DNA of 64,000 bases from an uncultured Veillonellaceae bacterium. GTDB lineage: Bacteria > Bacillota > Negativicutes > JARBTT01. This document shows, piece after piece, positions 59,898 through 64,000 of this stretch. Within the stretch, counting starts at the first letter, position 1. Every line of letters begins with the position of its first letter. The notes beneath the pieces are model-generated. The model was not told the DNA's origin and ran no database searches. It saw only the letters and a list, made by a program, of their open reading frames with translations. Made by a program: the position numbers and the translations under genes. The stretch is from positions 1 through 64,000 of the forward strand of contig CAWDTA010000001.1 of the NCBI GenBank assembly GCA_963805085.1. The letters are read 5' to 3'.

Positions 59898-61877
59898 ATG
59901 AAAATGTATAAGAAAAAGTTGATATCTCGTATGATTGCGCTAACATTATCAACAATGGTAGTTTCGCAGGTAGTATATGCAAACGGAAAAAACGATGAGA
60001 AAGAAGATACTTTTGATGAGATGGTAGTTACTGCACAAAAATATGAAAAGCGCGATGTCGATACACCTGCAGCAACAGAAATTCTAACTGAGAAAGATTT
60101 AAAAAATACTGGTGCAAGGAATGTACAACAGGCATTGCAATTTGCAACAGGTATTACATATCAGTCTATGGGGCCTGGTGGAGCATCACTAGGAACAATG
60201 ACTGCAAAAGTACATATTCGTGGTGTTGATGGCGGTACACTAGTTTTAGTGAATGGTACGGCACTGAATTTAAGAGGTTTATATAATTTAGAAGATATCC
60301 CGATAGACAATGTTGAACGTATTGAAATTGTCCGTGGTGGTGGTTCGGTATTGTATGGAAGTGAAGCAACTGGCGGTGTTATTAATATTATTACAAAAAA
60401 AGAAATGCAGAATACTGTCACCACTGGGTTTGGTAATTATGGGCAGCAGACACATGCTTTGACGGTGCAAGAAGGTAAATTTGGTATGGGCTATACTTAT
60501 GAAAAATGGGGTAGTGTTGACAATATATCCACCTATATTTCAGCTAATAAGGAAAAATATAATTCGTTTAAAGGCTCAGAAAAAAATAACGAGTTTTTTA
60601 ATTATAAATTTAATGATGATGTAGATATGCAGGTAAGCCATAATGAATCAATTGAAAAATTTCAATATAAATTTGGCGACGGCTATGCAGCGACAGGAAA
60701 TGCGCAATACGATAGAAAGCATAAAATGACAAAAGATTTTGTACAAATTAATTTCAAAAATGATGCGAATCTAAAAGGAAATATTTATTATAATGAAGAT
60801 GATTTGCAATCAACAGGTATGGATTATTATTCAAGTGCTGGTAAGAAAAAGATAGCACCAGAGGGATACGATAAAGAAGAGAAAAATCGTACATATGGGT
60901 ACGATGTACAAAAATCTTGGAAGTTAAATAGTGGCGAAGTTTTACTTGGAACTACGTATCAAAATGAATTTTTTCATGAGGATATAACGACTTCAGATAG
61001 ATATCAACGCAATAATTATTCGATTTATACACAATGGGAAAATCCATTAAACGATGTCGATACTTTGATTTTAAGTGCGAGAGAAACTTGGACTACAGGT
61101 GCACCGAAATCTGAAAATGGCGAAGATAAAAATTATGATAATTTCAGTGGACAAGGACAGTTTATTCATAAGTTGAATAAAGATGAAAGTGTTTATGCAA
61201 GTATAGGACAATCTTTTAAAATGCCAACGTTTAAGCAAATGTATGCTACAGGATCGTATAATATTATTGGTGATGATAATTTAAAGCCACAAAAAGGGAT
61301 GCATTACGAAGTTGGGTGGAAGAAAAATAGTGATGATCATAAATGGAAGGTGGCAGTATTTGATTATCATATAAAAGACAATATTTCTTATGTTAGTGGT
61401 ACCTTAGCAGGAGATACAGTTTTTTATGCTGTAAATGAAGATTTGAAAAATACTGGGATTGAAGTAAATTGTGAAATTGATGGTCAGAATGGTTGGGTCT
61501 ACAATTATGGTCTTACCTATGGGAATCCTCAAGCAAAATCAAAATCCAGTAAGGCTGGCGTAAAAGATTATTGGGATAGAAATTTTGGTAAATTGCAACT
61601 TAATGGTGGCGTAGGATATCACAAAGATAAATGGGCGGCAAATTTAAATGCGAGCTATTTAGCTGAGCGGGTGATGTGTCCAAGTGATTCACACTCGTTT
61701 GAAACCAAACCATATCTGTTAACTAATTTTAATTTAAATTATGCGGCAAATGCGCAGCAAGAAGTAAGTTTAAGCATAAATAATATTTTAGATCGTGAGG
61801 ATAATGTTAGCTATACGAGCTCGTACTATTACACGACACCAACAAATTATATGTTAACTTATAAATATAAGTTTTAA
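59898..61877 (+). CDS. TonB-dependent receptor, probably BtuB-like cobalamin importer
   Basis: Signal peptide, MVVTA, VERIEIVRGGGSVLYGSEATGGVINIITK plug motif, terminal YKF; B12 riboswitch upstream. Confidence 0.9.
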   Translation: MKMYKKKLISRMIALTLSTMVVSQVVYANGKNDEKEDTFDEMVVTAQKYEKRDVDTPAATEILTEKDLKNTGARNVQQALQFATGITYQSMGPGGASLGTMTAKVHIRGVDGGTLVLVNGTALNLRGLYNLEDIPIDNVERIEIVRGGGSVLYGSEATGGVINIITKKEMQNTVTTGFGNYGQQTHALTVQEGKFGMGYTYEKWGSVDNISTYISANKEKYNSFKGSEKNNEFFNYKFNDDVDMQVSHNESIEKFQYKFGDGYAATGNAQYDRKHKMTKDFVQINFKNDANLKGNIYYNEDDLQSTGMDYYSSAGKKKIAPEGYDKEEKNRTYGYDVQKSWKLNSGEVLLGTTYQNEFFHEDITTSDRYQRNNYSIYTQWENPLNDVDTLILSARETWTTGAPKSENGEDKNYDNFSGQGQFIHKLNKDESVYASIGQSFKMPTFKQMYATGSYNIIGDDNLKPQKGMHYEVGWKKNSDDHKWKVAVFDYHIKDNISYVSGTLAGDTVFYAVNEDLKNTGIEVNCEIDGQNGWVYNYGLTYGNPQAKSKSSKAGVKDYWDRNFGKLQLNGGVGYHKDKWAANLNASYLAERVMCPSDSHSFETKPYLLTNFNLNYAANAQQEVSLSINNILDREDNVSYTSSYYYTTPTNYMLTYKYKF

Positions 61878-61890
61878 GTAATGATAAAAT

Positions 61891-61919
61891 TTGACAAGTA
61901 TAATAAAAAGTGCTACTAT
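61891..61919 (+). promoter_or_regulatory. sigma-A promoter
   Basis: TTGACA-17-TACTAT with extended TG. Confidence 0.65.
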
Positions 61920-61971
61920 AATTTTGGGTTATGACATAATAATGTTTAACTATAAAATTTAATATTGTTGG

Positions 61972-62128
61972 AAATAGGTGTCCTTACGGACTTAATAGGG
62001 AAGTTTGGTTAGAAGCCAACGCGGTCCCGCCACTGTAATAGGGAGTGAATCCAAGATATACCATTGAAACGTTTGTTTTGAGAAGGTTTGGATAAGCAAT
62101 GAACTAGAGCCAGGAGAACTGCCTGTTT
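61972..62128 (+). ncRNA. cobalamin riboswitch 3
   Basis: Close paralogue of riboswitch 2; terminator-like hairpin at ~62242-62280. Confidence 0.92.
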
Positions 62129-62390
62129 AGCAATCACCGTTAGACCTGCGAGCGATGGGAAGGGGATTACATGTAAGTTAAGTACTCTTCTCGGCATTTA
62201 TTTTGCCGAGATTTTTATTTAATTGTACTTGTTGATGAATAAGAGCCATTTTGCAATACGCAGGATAGGCTTTTTCTTTTTCCCATAAAATGTTAACTAA
62301 AAGGATAACGGATATTTGCATGATGATGTTAAAAGTGTAATTAAATGTTTACTTCGTTGTTACCTAAATGTATAGAAAGGATTGTGAAAG

Positions 62391-64000
62391 ATGAAACAAG
62401 TACAAGAAAAAGAGCCGCAAGAGACAGATTTTCCACCTGTAAGCTTTGACGAGTTTGTAGCACCTGACTATGAAGAATGGAAGCAAGAAGCAATTGTGAC
62501 GCTAAAAGGTGCTAATTTTGAAAAAAAACTGCTTACCAAAACTTATGAAGGGATCACGCTTGAACCTATCTATACTATGGAAATGGCACCAAGTCCAAAC
62601 GAGCTATCTAATTTGCCAGGTTCAGAAAACTATATGCGCGGTATCCATACAGGTGGTTATATAAGTAATCCTTGGCTTATTGCACAGGAAAATGATGAAG
62701 TGATGCCAGAGAAACTCAATAGTTTAATTAAGCATGAGTTAGATAAAGGTGTGACTTCTATTAATATTGCTCTTGATGCTAGAACTAAGCATGGTAAAAA
62801 TGGTGATTGCCTTTCAGAGAATATTGAGCAAGGAGGAGTATCTTTAAGTACTACACAAGATGTATATAACGTATTTAATGATATTGACTTAGAAAAATAT
62901 GAACTTTATATCAATGCTGGTGCTTCTAGTACGATGCTTATCGGAATGTTGAGTGCAATTTGTAAGGCAAATAGTGAAAGCGTAGGTAGTGTACATGGCA
63001 CGATTGGTGCTGATCCGATTGGAGTTTTGGCTGAGGAAGGTAAAATCTCTTGTTCACTACATGCTTTATATTATGAAATGGCTCATACGACTGTTTGGAC
63101 AGAAAAAAATATGCCTGCCCTTAGAAATATTTTGGTGCAAGGCGAGGTATATAGTGACGGCGGAGCAAGTACCGTTCAAGAGCTTGGCTATGTGCTAGCG
63201 ACGGCAATCGAATATATTCGGGCAATGCAGGTAAGAGGGATTGATATTCATACGATTGCAAAACATATGCAATTTGGCTTTTCACTTGGGTCAAACTTTT
63301 TTATGGAGATTGCTAAATTGAGAGCAGCTAGAATGTTATGGTCACAAGTCGTTGAAAGTTTTGGCGGCGATAAAGAAGCACGAAAAATGATGATTCATGC
63401 GCGAACTGCAAAATCCAACAAAACAGCTTACGATCCTTATGTTAATATGCTTCGCACGACAACAGAAGCTTTTTCCGGCGTAGTTGGTGGTGTAGATAGC
63501 TTGCAGGTTGGTGTATTTGATGAATCAATTCGTTTAGGAGATGAATTTTCTCGCCGTATTGCGCGTAATACGCAAATTATTTTGCAAAATGAATGTAATT
63601 TAAGACAACCAGCTGATCCGGCTGGCGGATCTTGGTATATAGAAACATTAACAAAACAAATTGCGCAAAAAGCATGGCAAGTTTTGCAGCAAGTAGAAAA
63701 TGATGGCGGTATGGTTGCTGCTTTAAGAGCAGGTATTGTACAAAAAGATGTTGACGAAGTGTTAAAGCAAAGGTTTAAGAATTTAGCTAAACGTACTGAT
63801 CGTGCAGTTGGGGTTAATATGTATGCAAATGTTTTAGAAGAAGAGTTAGAGAAACATCCGTTGGATGGAAGTGCTATAAAAGAAGCACGCATACAGCAAA
63901 TCGAAAACTTTGTGGCAGACATTGACGGACAATATCGTGATGAAAAATTAGAAGCGTTACCTAAAGCCATAAAGGGTAACTATGGTGAAGCGTTAGATTC
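62391..64000 (+). CDS. methylmalonyl-CoA mutase family protein, probably the non-catalytic small subunit (partial)
   Basis: Not in the ORF track (no stop in window); TYEGITLEPIY, PWLIAQE, FFMEIAKLRAAR, DPYVNMLRTT, RRIARNTQ, DPAGGSWYIE. Confidence 0.9.
   Translation, partial: MKQVQEKEPQETDFPPVSFDEFVAPDYEEWKQEAIVTLKGANFEKKLLTKTYEGITLEPIYTMEMAPSPNELSNLPGSENYMRGIHTGGYISNPWLIAQENDEVMPEKLNSLIKHELDKGVTSINIALDARTKHGKNGDCLSENIEQGGVSLSTTQDVYNVFNDIDLEKYELYINAGASSTMLIGMLSAICKANSESVGSVHGTIGADPIGVLAEEGKISCSLHALYYEMAHTTVWTEKNMPALRNILVQGEVYSDGGASTVQELGYVLATAIEYIRAMQVRGIDIHTIAKHMQFGFSLGSNFFMEIAKLRAARMLWSQVVESFGGDKEARKMMIHARTAKSNKTAYDPYVNMLRTTTEAFSGVVGGVDSLQVGVFDESIRLGDEFSRRIARNTQIILQNECNLRQPADPAGGSWYIETLTKQIAQKAWQVLQQVENDGGMVAALRAGIVQKDVDEVLKQRFKNLAKRTDRAVGVNMYANVLEEELEKHPLDGSAIKEARIQQIENFVADIDGQYRDEKLEALPKAIKGNYGEALD

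Noticed and set aside
63437-63970. 177-aa minus-strand ORF and the 62989..63198 ORF
   Set aside because: Antisense or alternative-frame shadows of the mutase gene

Overview
AT-rich chromosome segment from a diderm Firmicute, most likely Negativicutes (inference: Firmicute-type cdaA-cdaR-glmM/glmS ribozyme together with outer-membrane TpsB and TonB-dependent receptor genes). 1-15.6 kb: a decaying contact-dependent-inhibition (two-partner secretion) locus: tpsB with its beta-barrel deleted, a 2875-aa CdiA-like protein with two TPS domains, toxin/immunity pairs, an IS256 copy with an 8-bp target duplication, and a frameshifted orphan toxin module. 15.8-23 kb: a variable region with gene fragments, REP-like repeats and a triplicated 3' end of an ABC ATPase gene. 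23-33.4 kb: core genes (cutC, racemase, ilvE, cdaA-cdaR-oxidoreductase-glmM, glmS ribozyme-glmS). 33.5-59 kb: a metal/anion homeostasis island downstream of glmS (mod, ORP/Mrp-like Fe-S cluster, ars genes including an ArsM-ArsN2 fusion, a fluoride-riboswitch operon, cbiK, nikR-ECF), carrying degenerate Tn7-like ends and a duplicated piece of the glmS terminator. 59-64 kb: cobalamin-riboswitch-led TonB receptor and methylmalonyl-CoA mutase (runs off the window). The best candidate for an undescribed system is a fluoride riboswitch whose first two genes are the uncharacterised NifU-like/GGGtGRT pair, ahead of DUF190 and crcB; I hypothesise a fluoride-tolerant Fe-S enzyme, possibly an enolase substitute. 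Family names come from motif recognition, not database searches.
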